Source: Azolla caroliniana
Taxonomy: Eukaryota; Plantae; Polypodiophyta
Direction of reading: 5' to 3'
Length of the DNA stretch: 64,000 nt
Assembly (NCBI GenBank): GCA_043228905.1
Contig: JBHGNT010000009.1
Location: forward strand, 12,276,001-12,340,000
Shown here one piece after another: positions 49,201 to 61,996 of this stretch; position 1 is the stretch's first letter; each line of letters begins with the position of its first letter. The notes under the pieces are model-generated. The model was not told where the DNA came from, searched no databases, and saw only the letters and a list, made by a program, of their open reading frames with translations. The position numbers were made by a program, and so were the translations under genes.

Positions 49201-52200
49201 AGAGCTTGTGGAGGATAAAAGCCAAAGAGACCGGGTAGTCCTGGTGGAATTGGTCGAGATGTACAAGATCATTGCGAAAATGGGGCTGGATGCGCTCCAC
49301 AAAGAAGAAGCAATGGTAAGTACAAAATACAAGACCGTGGAGAAGAAAGTGAAATTGGCCGCGGGACCATTACCCGTTGATAGTGAGCAAAAGAGGAAAG
49401 AAGTCTCGGGAGATCCGACACTTTGGAAGTCCATGGATATCGGACATGCCTTCACGGATGAGACCCGAAAGAAACTTCGGATCGGTGGAGGTGGTTTCCG
49501 TTTACAAAATGAAGAAGAACGATTACGTGGGATGTTGGAACAACATGGGAAAGCATTTGCATTCACATCGAAGGAGATAGGGTGCGTTGATCCGAAGATA
49601 GTGGAGCCGATGGTGAACTTCACGATTGACCATGTGTCGTGGAACCTAAAGCCGATTCCGGTGTTGCGGACGCATATTCCCAAAATCATTGACTTGCTCA
49701 AGGAGAAGGTGGCAATGGGGATTCTAGAGCCATCAAACACTCCGTACTCAAATTGATGGTTTATGGTTCCGAAGAAGAATGGGTCACTCCAATTTATCCA
49801 AGACTTGCAACTAGTGAACAAGGTCACGATCCGGAACTCCGGAGTCGGTCCAATAGTGGACGAATTTGTGGAAGCATTTGCCGGACGCGCGATATACTCC
49901 ATCGGAGACCTATACTCCGGATATGACCAATTCCAACTAGCCCTGGAGAGCCGAGACATCACCACCATGCGGACACCAATAGGATTAGTCCGGATGTGTA
50001 CGCTACCACAAAGCGCGACGAACTCGGTCGCACATATGATGAATGCAATGAACAAGGTGCTTCGAGACTGCATTCCGGAGATAACGATGCCGTTCCTAGA
50101 TGACATTCCGATGAAAGGATGTGCGGTGGAAGAAAAAGATGAGAATAAGGATGATCGGGGATGCCGACAGTTCGTAGTCAACCATATTCGTGATTGCGAG
50201 AAAGTGCTTCGGAAGTTAGAAGATGTGCACCTAACACTTTCTGGTGAGAAATCAACATTCGGGCAAGAAGAAATATTGGTAGTTGGACATCTATGTGGGT
50301 CCTACGGCCGAAGACCGTCACCAACCAAGATCGATGCGATTCAAGCTATGAAAGAAGTATGCGAGTCACAATCCGAAGTCTAAAGGTTTCTTGGAGCATG
50401 TGCATTCTATCACATATGGATTCTGCACTATGCATATATTGCGGACCCACTCTATCACTTGTTGCGGAAGGGTAAGAAGTTCGAATGGAAACCGGAGCAT
50501 ACCAAAGCCATGAAGAAGCTCAAGAAATCACTACGGAGGGCAAAAGCACTAAAGAAGCCGAACTATGACCGACCGATCATAGTAACAGTTGACACAAGTC
50601 CAACCAAAATCGGATGGGTCATCAATCAAGCCGATCTGGATGGTTCACGATATCCGATCCGATTCGGAGCAAAGGTTCTCAACGAAAGGCAACGCGGGTA
50701 TGCACAAGTCAAAAGAGAATTATGGGGAGTCGTGTCGGCAATCAAATCGGATCGAGATTATTTGATTGGAGCCAAAGTAGTGATCGAAACAGATTGTCTT
50801 CCGATACTCGGGATGATGCGGTGTTGCACGATACCGGATGTGGCTATGCTAAGGTGGATTGCATATGTTAAGTCACTTAATCCGGAGGTACGACACATCT
50901 CTGGAAAAGACAACACGGTAGCGGATATGCTATCAAGGGTGCGGTTCGGAGATGACATAACCGAATCCGATAATGAAGAAGTTTCCGAAGACTACTTTGC
51001 TTCGGAGCACATATGCTGGGTGAACGTAATCCGAGAATTCCGGGAAGAAGATTATGAGGGAGAAAGCTTGTTGATCGGGAAAGTGCTACAGAAATCGAGG
51101 AATCATCGGACAATAAAGAGAAGAGAGTCGAGATCCGAAGTAAGAAGCGGCAAGTCCAAAAGTTCTTCTTGAAAAATGGATTAATATGGAGGGAGCCGAA
51201 AAGATCGGATGGCATACCATTTCTTGTAGTCGGGACGAAAGAGCAACGAAACCGGATAATGTCCGATTTTCACGAATCTGATTGGGCTGGACATCGAGGA
51301 ACATGGGCAACTTTTGTGAAAATCAAACAAAAATATTGGTGGAAGAACATGTACAAAGATATAGCGGAGTTCATGGAAAGTTGCGAGAAGTGTCAAATCT
51401 ACTCCGGAGTTCGACACCGAGATGAGTTACATCCGACATTCTCACCGACAATCAAGTTCAAATGGATGGTCGATATTGTAGGCATGCCAACCGGGATCAA
51501 ACAAACGAAGTACTTGGTGTTAGCTCGGGAAGATCTCACAAACCAAGTAGAAGGTCGGGCACTACGAAGGAAAACGTGTTCTGCGGTATGCGAATTTCTT
51601 TTGGAGGTGTTTTGCAGGTACGAGTGCGTAGGACAAGTGATTGCGGATCGGGGAGAACTTGACTCTGACAAAGCTAGGGGATTCTTCTCCAAACATGGAG
51701 TTCGGTTAACACTGACAATGGCATACAATTCGGAAGCCAACGGGAAGATCGAACGAGGACATAGTCCGATCGTCAAAGCACTTGCAAAGGCATGCGATCA
51801 AAGGGGGAAGGATTGGCCGCAGATGCTTCCGTATGCGCTATGGGCGGATCGGACAACGCATAGCTCCATAACCAGTTACATGCCGGCAGAACTCATGACT
51901 GGACAAGGACCGGTAATGCCAACGGAAACCGTGATCGTGACATGGACAATGCTACCGTGGAAGGAAGAGATGAGCTTGGAAGAACTACTAGCGGTCCAGA
52001 TACGACAACTAGAGGGAAGACTGGAAGACATAGCGGAAGCAATACGCCGACAACAAGAAGTGCGATTCCGGAATAAAAGTCGGTTCAACACAAAGCACCG
52101 ACTACGACCGCAGAAGATTGAAGAAGGACATTGGGTGATTGTCTACGACAGTAGTTTGGATCATCAACATACAACGATGTGGAAGTTCGCGAAAAGGTGG

Positions 52201-53123
52201 TTCAGGCCGTACGAGGTTCGGAAATTTTTCGACAACAGAACTTACCGACTATGCAAGTTGGATGGAATGATACTACGAGTGCCTATAGCCAAGAAACGGG
52301 TGAAGATTTTCAAAAAGCAGACTGATGAAGAACCCTATGTGATCCTAGATAAGACCAACAAGGAGGAGCAATCAGACGAAGATCGTGGTGATGCGGAAAG
52401 CAAAGAAAGTGGATTACAACTCATAGTCGACTTAAGGGGAGAATCGGAGGAAGCTTCGGATTAAGGTGAATAACAAGCATCGGGGACTTTGGCACATACC
52501 AAAGGATGTGTGGGTTCAGAGGGCGCAAGTGTCATAGTCTGAATCACACACTACGTGAAATATGTAAAACACTATATCCGATTTAGAGTACGTATAATAA
52601 ATAAAAATAAAATATTAAAAATATTTATTATGTGCATAGGCCAAGATTCGAACCCTGTACCTCCACATAGACAAACCCCAACCTTACCACTATACTAGCT
52701 AGCATACTATGAATTTTAAAGTTATACTAAACTTTATCCCATGTAAATATTCTAGATATGCATGGTACAAAAAGTTATTCATGCATACACACTCGAGTTA
52801 AAAGAAAAGATAGGATAGAAAGCTAATCATGCACATGTAGTGTGCATGAAAAACTAAAGTTAGGAAAAGCATGATGCTTGCATGTCATAAACTTAGACTC
52901 TTGGAACGCTATATAAGGAAGAGAAAAAGATGTATAGGGGTGGGGTTTTTTTTTTGAGAAGGATTGATTAATACAAAATATTCGTGGGATTCACGAGTTT
53001 CATATCTTCTTCTTACAATCTCTTCTTAACTAACATTAACTCATATTCTTCCTTCTCCTAGTCCAAAACCCCAACGGTTCCCACCCAACTCAAGTAAACG
53101 ATCTGACGCCAAAAGGCGTGACA
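46276..53123 (+). mobile_element. Near full-length Gypsy family A element, degenerate
   Basis: LTRs 46276-46934 (first 4 nt lost) and 52530-53123; mutated tRNA-Trp PBS at 46939-46955; gag-PR to 48944; pol to 52464 with PFLDD; stops. Confidence 0.93.
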
Positions 53124-53154
53124 ACATTCTGCTTATTCTCTGTCTCTCCTGCGT

Positions 53155-56100
53155 TGTCGTGAAGAAAACCGTCCACAAGCGGAATCGGTGCACCGGAGCG
53201 TAGGAACCAGCTCTTCATACACGTGCGGCTTATGTTGTACATAGAAGATCCTCGGTAGGTAGGAAGTTAATAGGAAACGGCTCCTTCCTTGCCTATAAAA
53301 GGAGGGAGACAAGGAGGGGAGAGGGATCGCGAAGGAAGGGAGGACGAAGTGCTGTCGGATTGTGGGCCGAAGGCTTCCCTCTCTTCCAAACTCCATAGCT
53401 CTTTCTGTGCAGGTTTCGGGAGGCTTGCGCTGCTCTGAGGAATGCCCGAGTGCTTCCGGCGGCACCTCCAACCTACTTCTTCCTTTCTGTACGTTTACGA
53501 ACAGGCATCGGCATCTGTTCGCCGGCCTGTTCGGTTGTAACCAACTTCGTGCTTGTTGTTTGTCTTGTTTATATATATTTCTACATACATTCGTGTCTCT
53601 CTGTGTCGTTGTCGCACTCGCGTCTCTGTGTCGAAGGGTCGTGCCCCTGTGAATCTACGCTCGCACCTTGTGGGTCTCTTCCCCTCTCCTTTTCTCTCTT
53701 GCTCTTCGGTACAGGACCCCCGAGGTCCCACCTCATTCCACGCATCCGCGAGGGATACCTCGACATCTTGGTGAACCCGACGTGAAGGAGGCGGCAGAAG
53801 AGTAGAAGATGAAAGGGTCGGATCTTGCAGAGGCCATGGCTTCGGCCGTGGATCGGATATTGAGTGCACGCGAGGGCACCGGCGCCCTCGACAGAGCCAT
53901 TGAGGCGGTCGTCGGTACGATCGGCCAGTTCAGCAGAAAGGATGCGACGAAGTATTTGGCGTCCTACGGGGCAGAAATGCTGATGCGGGACATTCCAGAA
54001 GAGAGGCGTCTTGCCGGGTGTCCTCAAGTGGCGATGCCGAGCATCCATGCGGAGGTGCTCGAGGTGCGGGCGGAGAGCCGTACTTGGGAGGAGTTCGAAG
54101 TCCGACTCCTAGAAAAATACGGGCTCGAGGACGCGCTCCAGTTTTCGAAACGAGACTTCATGGAATGGGTGGAGTCCCTCGGCAAGGGAAGAAACGCGTC
54201 GGCACTCCTCCGGGAGTTTGACGAACGCTTTGCGCGCCTTTCGGCGCTTGACCGCACCGTTCTGGATACGAGCCAGGTCCTACTGTTCGTCAAGTCGGTG
54301 GACGAGCAGGACCAGGATCAAGTCGGCTCCTTGCTGGAAACCGAAGACGGGCTGACGACCGACTGGGCTGCGGTTAAGAGAGTCTGTTGCTGTTTCGACA
54401 AACGACGAGAATGGGCTGATGGTGGGGCAGCCGGTGCGGGCTCTGTCACAGCAAGGAGGCTCGAACCGGCGCCGCAAGGGCGAAGGGAAGAGGCCCGGGA
54501 GTGGCTTGAAACCGGTTCGGCTTCGACCGGCATGGTCAATGGCTCATCCGGAGCAGCAACGCTGGAGGAGTTGACGCGAGCGATAAAGGATCTCTAGATC
54601 GCCCAGACTCGGAGGGAAGGCGGCGAATCGGCTCGTGACCGACGGCCGGTAGCAGGGAACAGGTGCATGTGGTGCGACGAGGTCGGCCACCTCCGGAAGA
54701 GCTGCGGCGATTTCACAGAAGCGTTGAGGAACCGGGTGGTGTACCTGTGGGAAGGCCGGGTGCACGCCATCGACCCCAGAAGGGCCCTAAACCGAAACGA
54801 CGGGCGAGGAGGTATGAAGAGACTGATGGAAGAGGCAACGGCCCGACACGTGGAGGCCATCCACTACTCGGCGTCGGCCGGTATTCGGGTCGGGGGCAGC
54901 GAGGCCCGAAAGGAGAGCAAGGACGAGTTCTGGTCGGCAATGCTGGAAGGCCTTGCCGGCGCACGGCTAAGGAAAGATGAAACAGACCGCGCTGAGGGAT
55001 GGGTCCGGGAAATAACCGGGTGGAGCGATCCGGTCGAGGAGAAGACGGGCTTCGTAGAAGCCGCCTACCGGAACTACGAGGCTCTGGTAGAAGACAAACG
55101 AATGGGGAAAGCCGGAGCGGCTGGGCCCTCACAACGGTACGAGATAACCCCAGCGCGAACGACGAAACGATGCCGGTGGGTCCAGCGCGCAAGATAACCC
55201 CAGGAAGGGCGGATACCGACTGGGGACGGAAATAGAAAGGACTACGGACCTACGAAAGGTCCTAGAAGAACGGATCCTCGACAGCAAAGTGGAGCTATCA
55301 TTGCGAGAGGTGCTAGGGATCGCAAAGAAGGAGTTCCACGACTCCATTGTGAACCTGGTGAAACGGAAGAGGCTGTCGACGGAGACGGAACCGGAAAGAC
55401 CGGTGGAGGTGCGGACGACGCACATCGACGACATAGCACTGGAAGATGAGTGGGCGGAGAGCCACTATTCAAGGCTGCACTGGGCTCGAGCGACCACGGA
55501 GACCCCGGTAAAGATCGGAGATGTTCAGGAACCGGTGGTGGCATTGGTGGACCACGGTTCGGAAATAAACTTGATGTCCATGGACTTCTATAAGAAGGGA
55601 AAGTGGCCGATCAACACCAAGCACGGGTGGAAGATATGGGCGGCGATGCGCGCCATCGAGGAATTGCACGGGACCTGCCCGAACGTGCGAGTCAAGATCG
55701 GCGATGTCGAGATTGACCAGCACTTCTTCGTACAGGAGACGTCCTCGCACCCGGTCATATTAGGGGAACCATACATCACGGCGGCGCGAATGGAGACCAA
55801 GGTGCTGGACAACGGTTCGGCCTACGCGAGGGTCAAAAGCCAGGACGGGCGCCATTCGGTTTAATTTCTGACGGTGCGGCCGAATCACGAGAGAAACCGC
55901 GAATCCCTCGGTGGCGAGAACCGGGAGAATTTTTAAAGAGGGCTTCCAAGGCGTGGGGCCGAGACAGCTCGGACACTCGGGAAAGACCCCACGACTGTAC
56001 GATAGGACCGAAAGCCAAGGAACCCTGTACGATAGGTAGGAAATTCTGCTTCTCCAACAACGGAGGGTGTATGATAGTTGGCATCGTCGGCCGAGAAAAG

Positions 56101-59100
56101 ACAAGGACAGAAGCGCGACTTCGAGCATGCGGAGTTCTCGGCCCGGACGAGGAAATCAGCGGAGCCGTGGAGGCGGTCTCCTTCGACGACACCTTGGGAA
56201 TGCTAGGGGAGGTAGCCGGAGAAGATCTTAAAGAAGACCGGACGATACCGGTATGTTCCGAAGAGATGTACAAAGTCATCACGAACTTCAGTCGGGGGCT
56301 CGGGTCGGATCGGGCGGCCCGAATTAGCACGAAGTACAAGGCTGTGGATCGGAAGGTAAGGCCCGTCGCGGCACCCTTACCGGAGGGCAGCGAATCCCGA
56401 ATCAGAGGGGTTGCGTCGGACCCCAGTTTACGAGATCCGTCCTGCATAGGACACGCCTTCACCGATGGGACGCTCCGGGAGCTCAAGGTCGGTAGGGGCG
56501 GGTTCCTACTGCCGGCGGAGGAAGACCGGTTTCGGAGAATGCTCGGAAGGCACGGGAAAGCCTTCGCATTTTCACTGGAAGAGATCGGGTGCGTAGACCC
56601 GACGATTGTGGAGCCGATGGTGATATTCACGGTACCACATGTGCCGTGGAATCTCAAGCCGATTCCAGTACCGAGAGCTCACATCCCGGAGTTGATGGAG
56701 CTATTGAGGCAAAAAGTCGATATGGGCATTCTCGAACCGTCGAGTGCCCCATACTCGAACCGATGGTTTACCGTACCAAAGAAAAACGGGACATTGCACT
56801 TCATTCACGACCTGCAGCCGGTCAATAGAGTGACCATTCGGAACGCAGGAATCGGACTGGCCATAGACGAGTTCCCAGAGGCCTTCGCTAGAAGGTCGAT
56901 TTACTCGGTCGGTGATCTGTACTCGGGGTACGACCAGTTCCAGCTAGCCGTGGAGAGCAGAGACATTACGACGATGCGAACTCCCCTCGACCTGGTGCGA
57001 ATGTGTACCCTGCCACAAGGAGGGACCAACTCGGTGGCCCACATGGTGAATGCAATGAACAAGGCACTGAGGGATTGCATCCCGGACATCACCATGCCGT
57101 TTCTAGACGACATCCCGATCAAGGGGTGCCCGGTGGAAGAGAAGGACGAGACAGTCGGGCCGGACGGATGCCGGCGATTCGTGGCGACACACATCGACGA
57201 CTGCGAAAAGGTGCTACAAAGGCAAGAGGATGCGAGGCTCACCTTCTCCGGGGAGAAATCGGCCTTCGGGCAACCGGAAATCCTGGTGGTCGGACACCTA
57301 TGTGGACCATATGGCCGGAAGCCGTCTCCGGCAAAGGTAGAAGCCATCTCCGCGATGAAGACCGACTGTAGCTCGGTTACAGAAGTTCGGAGGTTCCTGG
57401 GGGCATGCACGTTCTACCACATATGGATCCCGCATTACGCCCACGTTGCGGAGCCGCTATACGGGTTGCTGAAGAAAGGGCGAAAATTCGAGTGGCGAGA
57501 CGAGCACACGGAGTCGGTCCGGAAGCTGAAGGAAGCTCTTGCGGCAGCACCGGCGCTCCGGAAGGTTGTCTACGAGAAGGGTACCCCGGTATACATAACG
57601 GTGGATACGAGTCCGACCGGGATCGGATGGGTCGTCAACCAAGAAGACGAGGATGGCATTCGGTTCCCGATCCGATTCGGCGCGAAGGTCCTCAGCGAGC
57701 GACAGCAAGGGTATACCCAGGATAAACGCGAACTCTGGGGTATCGTTTCGGCAGTAAAGGCCGACAAAGACTACCTAATCGGGACAGAAGTGATTATCGA
57801 GACGGATTGCCTGCCAATTCTCGGCATGGTTTCCAGATGCGCGACACCGGACCTGGCGATGCTCAGGTGGATAGCGTACATCAAGTCCCTGGACCCGGAA
57901 ATACGGCACATTTCCGGAAAGGACAACGCCATGGCCGACATGCTTTCGAGGGCGAGGTTTGATGACGAGGGCGGCATGGTTTCGGAGGACGAAGAAGTCG
58001 GCATGGACTTCTTCGAGGCAGCGTACGTGACGACCGATGGGACGAGCGCTCCGGCACTTAACAACTTCGACGAGAGCAAGTACGACGGCGAGTGGCTCCA
58101 GATCAGTGGATTTTTGAGGACGATGACGCCGGATGCGTCGTGGACGAAGGACGAGGCCAACCAGATCCGGAAGAAAGCTTACCGATTCTTTCTCCGGGAC
58201 GGATACTTATGGAAGCACCCGAAGAAGAGGAACGACATCCCGCTCCGGGTGGTGGCGATGAAGGAAGAACAGGAGGAGCTGCTGATGGCCTACCACGACA
58301 GCCCTTGGGCCGGACATCGTGGAACGTGGGCCACGTTCGAGAAGATAAAGGGGAAGTACTGGTGGCCGAGACTGTACCGGGACGTGCATCGGTTAGTGAC
58401 AACTTGCGAGAGCTGTTAGATGCACTCCATAGTCCGACACCGGGACGAGCTTCACCCTACGTACTCTCTGACCATCCACTTCAAATGGATGGTAGACCTG
58501 GTGACGATGCCGATGGGAGTAGGACAGATGCGGTATCTAGTCCTGGCTCGGGAAGATCTGACGAACCAGGTGGAAGGCCGAGCCCTTCAGAACAAAACGA
58601 CCACGGTCGTATGTTGGTTCCTAATTGAGGATGTGATATGCCGGTACGGGTGCATCGGGAAGATCGTGGCTTATCGCGAGGAGTTGGACGCCAAAGAGGC
58701 CGAGGAGCTGTTCGACCGGCTAGGAGTCAAGCTCTCGCTTACCACTGCATACAATCCAGAGGCGAATGCGAAGGTGGAGCGCGGACACGGACCGATCGTC
58801 AAGGCGTTAGTTCGGGCATGCGGAGGTCAAGTCGGGAGCTGGCCGCGGCTGTTGCCTTACGCGTTATGGGCTGACCGAACTACGCACAGTTCGGTAACTG
58901 GACTCATGCCGGCAGAGCTCATGTTTGGGCAGAAGCCGGTCATGCCGATGGAACGTACGATCTCCTCATGGGCAACCGTGGACTGGAGAGACGAGATGAG
59001 TCGGGAGGAACTATTGATGGCGCGCATACGGCAGCTCGAGCGAAGACAGGAGGATGTAGAGCGAGCTACGGAAAAGCTTCGGGTGGCAAGGATGAGGAAC

Positions 59101-60114
59101 AATGCCCGGTTTGACCGAACGCACCGGCTCCAACCGAAGAAGATCGAGGAAGGCGACTGGGTGCTAGTCTACGACAGCAGCCTCGACAACCAGCACCGAG
59201 CAACACGGAAGTTCGCGAGAAGGTGGTTCGGGCCTTACGTGGTACAAAGCGCCAACGACAACGGGACGTACCATCTGGCGGAGCTCGACGGCACGAGAAT
59301 GGCGATACCGGTAGCTGGGAAACGGATGAAAGCGTTCAAGAAGCGTCACGACGACGAGCCCGATCCGGATAACCTGGACCGGGACGACGAACGATCCGAA
59401 ACCGAAGAAGAACCGACGGGCGGGGAATAAAGGTTGGACCGGTTTTCTCTGTCCCAACTCAATTTGACGCATGCCGGTGGATGCGCGGTTAGGTGGGGGC
59501 GGATGTTGTGAAGAAAACCGTCCACAAGCAGAATCGGTGCACCGGAGCGTAGGAACCGGCTCTTCATACACGTGCGCCTTATGTTGTACATAGAAGATCC
59601 TCGGTAGGTAGGAAGTTAATAGGAAACGGCTCCTTCCTTGCCTATAAAAGGAGGGAGACAAGGAGGGGAGAGGGATCGCGAAGTAAGGGAGGACGAAGTG
59701 CTGTCGGATTGTGGGCCGAAGGCTTCTCTCTCTTCCAAACTCCATAGCTCTTTCTGTGCAGGTTTCGGGAGGCTCGCGCTGCTCTGAGGAATGCCCGAGT
59801 GCTTCCGGCGGCACCTCCAACCTACTTCTTCCTTTCTATACGTTTACGAACAGGCATCGGCATCTGTTCGCCGGCCTGTTCGGTTGTAACCAACTTCGTG
59901 CTTGTTGTTTGTCTTGTTTATATATATTTCTACATACATTCGTGTCTCTCTGTGTCGCTGTCGCACTCGCGTCTCTGTGTTGAAGGGCCGTGCCCTTGTG
60001 AATCTATGCTCGCATCTTGTGGGTCTCTTCCCCTCTCCTTTTCTCTCTTGCTCTTCGGTACAGGACCCCCGAGGTCCCGCCTCATTCCATGCATCCGCGA
60101 GGGATACCTCGACA
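53155..60114 (+). mobile_element. Full-length Gypsy family B element, TSD GCGT
   Basis: 611-bp LTRs at 53155-53765 and 59504-60114 (about 16 differences by eye); PBS 53769-53785 (tRNA-Trp); gag-PR 53809-55936; pol to 59430; a few stops; GCGT at 53151-53154 and 60115-60118. Confidence 0.95.
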
Positions 60115-61288
60115 GCGTACACTCTATGTTTCTTTCTATCTATCTGTCTGTTGCTATCCGAATGAGCCGGTTTTTCTAACACTTACGCAATTTCATTTTT
60201 ACATGGTATCAGAGCGTGAGGGTTTGAGAACCTCTGCAGCTGACATCAACATCTGAAGACAAACCCTAAGACCCGGTAAGAATAGGAAGAGAAGTGATGG
60301 ACAGAAGAATCGCTAGCTCGCTCCCGGTGGAGAAGCTCGACAAATCCAACTACGCATCTTGGTCATACAAGATGCACCAGTACCTGCTTGGGCATGGGTA
60401 GTAGAGCTATGTTGATGGAGCTAACGACACAGCACCTGATGTGGCACACAAGGACTTCCCAATGTGGGAACAAGCGGCAAGCCGAGTGATGTACTACTTT
60501 GCGTCAGTGTCGGATACCAACTGTTGAGCCATGTCTGAGATGCCAAGACGCCAAAAGAAGCTTGGGGAAACCTGAAGAAGGTTTTCGCGGCAAGCACTAT
60601 GGCCCGAAAGTTGCAACTTCGACAAGAGCTAAGGAATGTCTGACAGAAGGACATGTCGGTAGCTGATTACACGGCCCGAATCAAAGAGATCTGTGACTCA
60701 CTTGCCTCTATCAACGTCACTGTAGAGGTAGATGAGATGGTTCAGATCTAACTTGGGGGCCTAGCGTCTAGGTTCAGAGCGTTCCGAACGGCGGTATGTA
60801 CAAGGGATAATACACCGTTAGTTTTCGACTTACAGTCAATGCTCCTTGTAGAGGAGAACCACGCCGGTGCATCAACAAGTACACTCATCGACAGACGGAT
60901 GCTGTACACGGAGGCGGATCGGTCCCGTGGTCGTGGTGGACGAGGCGGGTCGGCTCGCAATGGTAGCGGTTGGCAACAACAGGACGAAAGGCATAGAGAA
61001 CGTGCTATCCAGAGTTACGGACCCACCACAAACAGGGGGAGTCAAGGGGCCGCTGGAGTCCAGCAAGCAAAGGCCGACATGGAATGTTGGTACTGTGGTA
61101 AAAAGGGCCACAGAGAAAGCGAGTGCTGGAAGAAGCGCGCCGATTCGGACAAATCCGGATCCGGCAAGGCCAGCAGAGAGGACCGACAATACTCGCACTA
61201 CGCAGAAGGATCGGGAGGATCCAAAACCGGAGAAACCAGTAAAGGGCCAACCTTGGTGATGAAACACGAGGCTAACTCAATGAAGAAG
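60115..61288 (+). mobile_element. Bryco-like LTR remainder (continuing 53124-53154), PBS and gag
   Basis: CA at 60203; PBS 60204-60215; CWYCGKKGHRESEC. Duplicate of 45485-46278. Confidence 0.88.
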
Positions 61289-61996
61289 TGTTGAGAGACA
61301 AGCTCAACATTCGTGCGTAATACGATGCGTAACCCAGTGCGTAGACTGGGTGCGTAAATCGGTACGCATAACATGGCCGTATCGGTGCGTAAACCGGAAG
61401 GTCGTTAGTATGATATTCCTCGTAAGGCATAATTTTGGGAGTTAGTGTAGTAGGCTCATTTATGAGCGGTCAAGTAGTGTCAGTACTTATGTCAGCCCTA
61501 TTATCAGGGCTTGTATAAAAGGTGCTCCATGAGCACGGTGTATGTACAGATTGAGTATTATTTTGAATTGAGTTTCTATGTGTTCTCTCTCTCTGTCTCT
61601 CTCTCGCGTACTGTGTATATTCAAGCTCTCCATTAAACCTGTGTATTTTTCTGTGTTCGGTTTTCTATTGCTTTCGCACATAATCTTTTTCATGGTATCA
61701 GAGTGCGAGGGTTGCGATCCTCTGCAGCCGACATAGCTAGAAAAGAAAACTAACCAAGAAGAACAGGAAAAACAAAATGGATAGAGGCATGCATAGCTCG
61801 CTTCCTACCGAGAAGCTCGACAGAAACAACTACGCATCTTGGTCCTACAAGATGCACTAGTACCTGCTCGGGCACAGTTACTGGAGCTATGTAGACAGAG
61901 CAAATGACACAGCACCTGAATCGACACACAGAGATTTCCCAGCATGGGAACAGTCGGTGAGCAGAGTATTGTACTGCTTTGCGTCTTGTGTGGGCG
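61289..61996 (+). mobile_element. Bryco-like 5' LTR, PBS and gag start, nested in the previous copy
   Basis: LTR 61289-61692; PBS from 61693; gag ATG at 61778. Confidence 0.88.

Noticed and set aside
49174-50181. Long antisense ORFs over pol (also 9714-10517 and 55833-56657)
   Set aside because: They mirror the pol codon frame, have variable ends and show no recognisable domain; probably a codon-usage shadow.
53124-53150. Independent family A insertion at the same Bryco LTR base as 45485
   Set aside because: The shared LTR deletion and shared gag stops indicate duplication. It was not counted as an independent target site.
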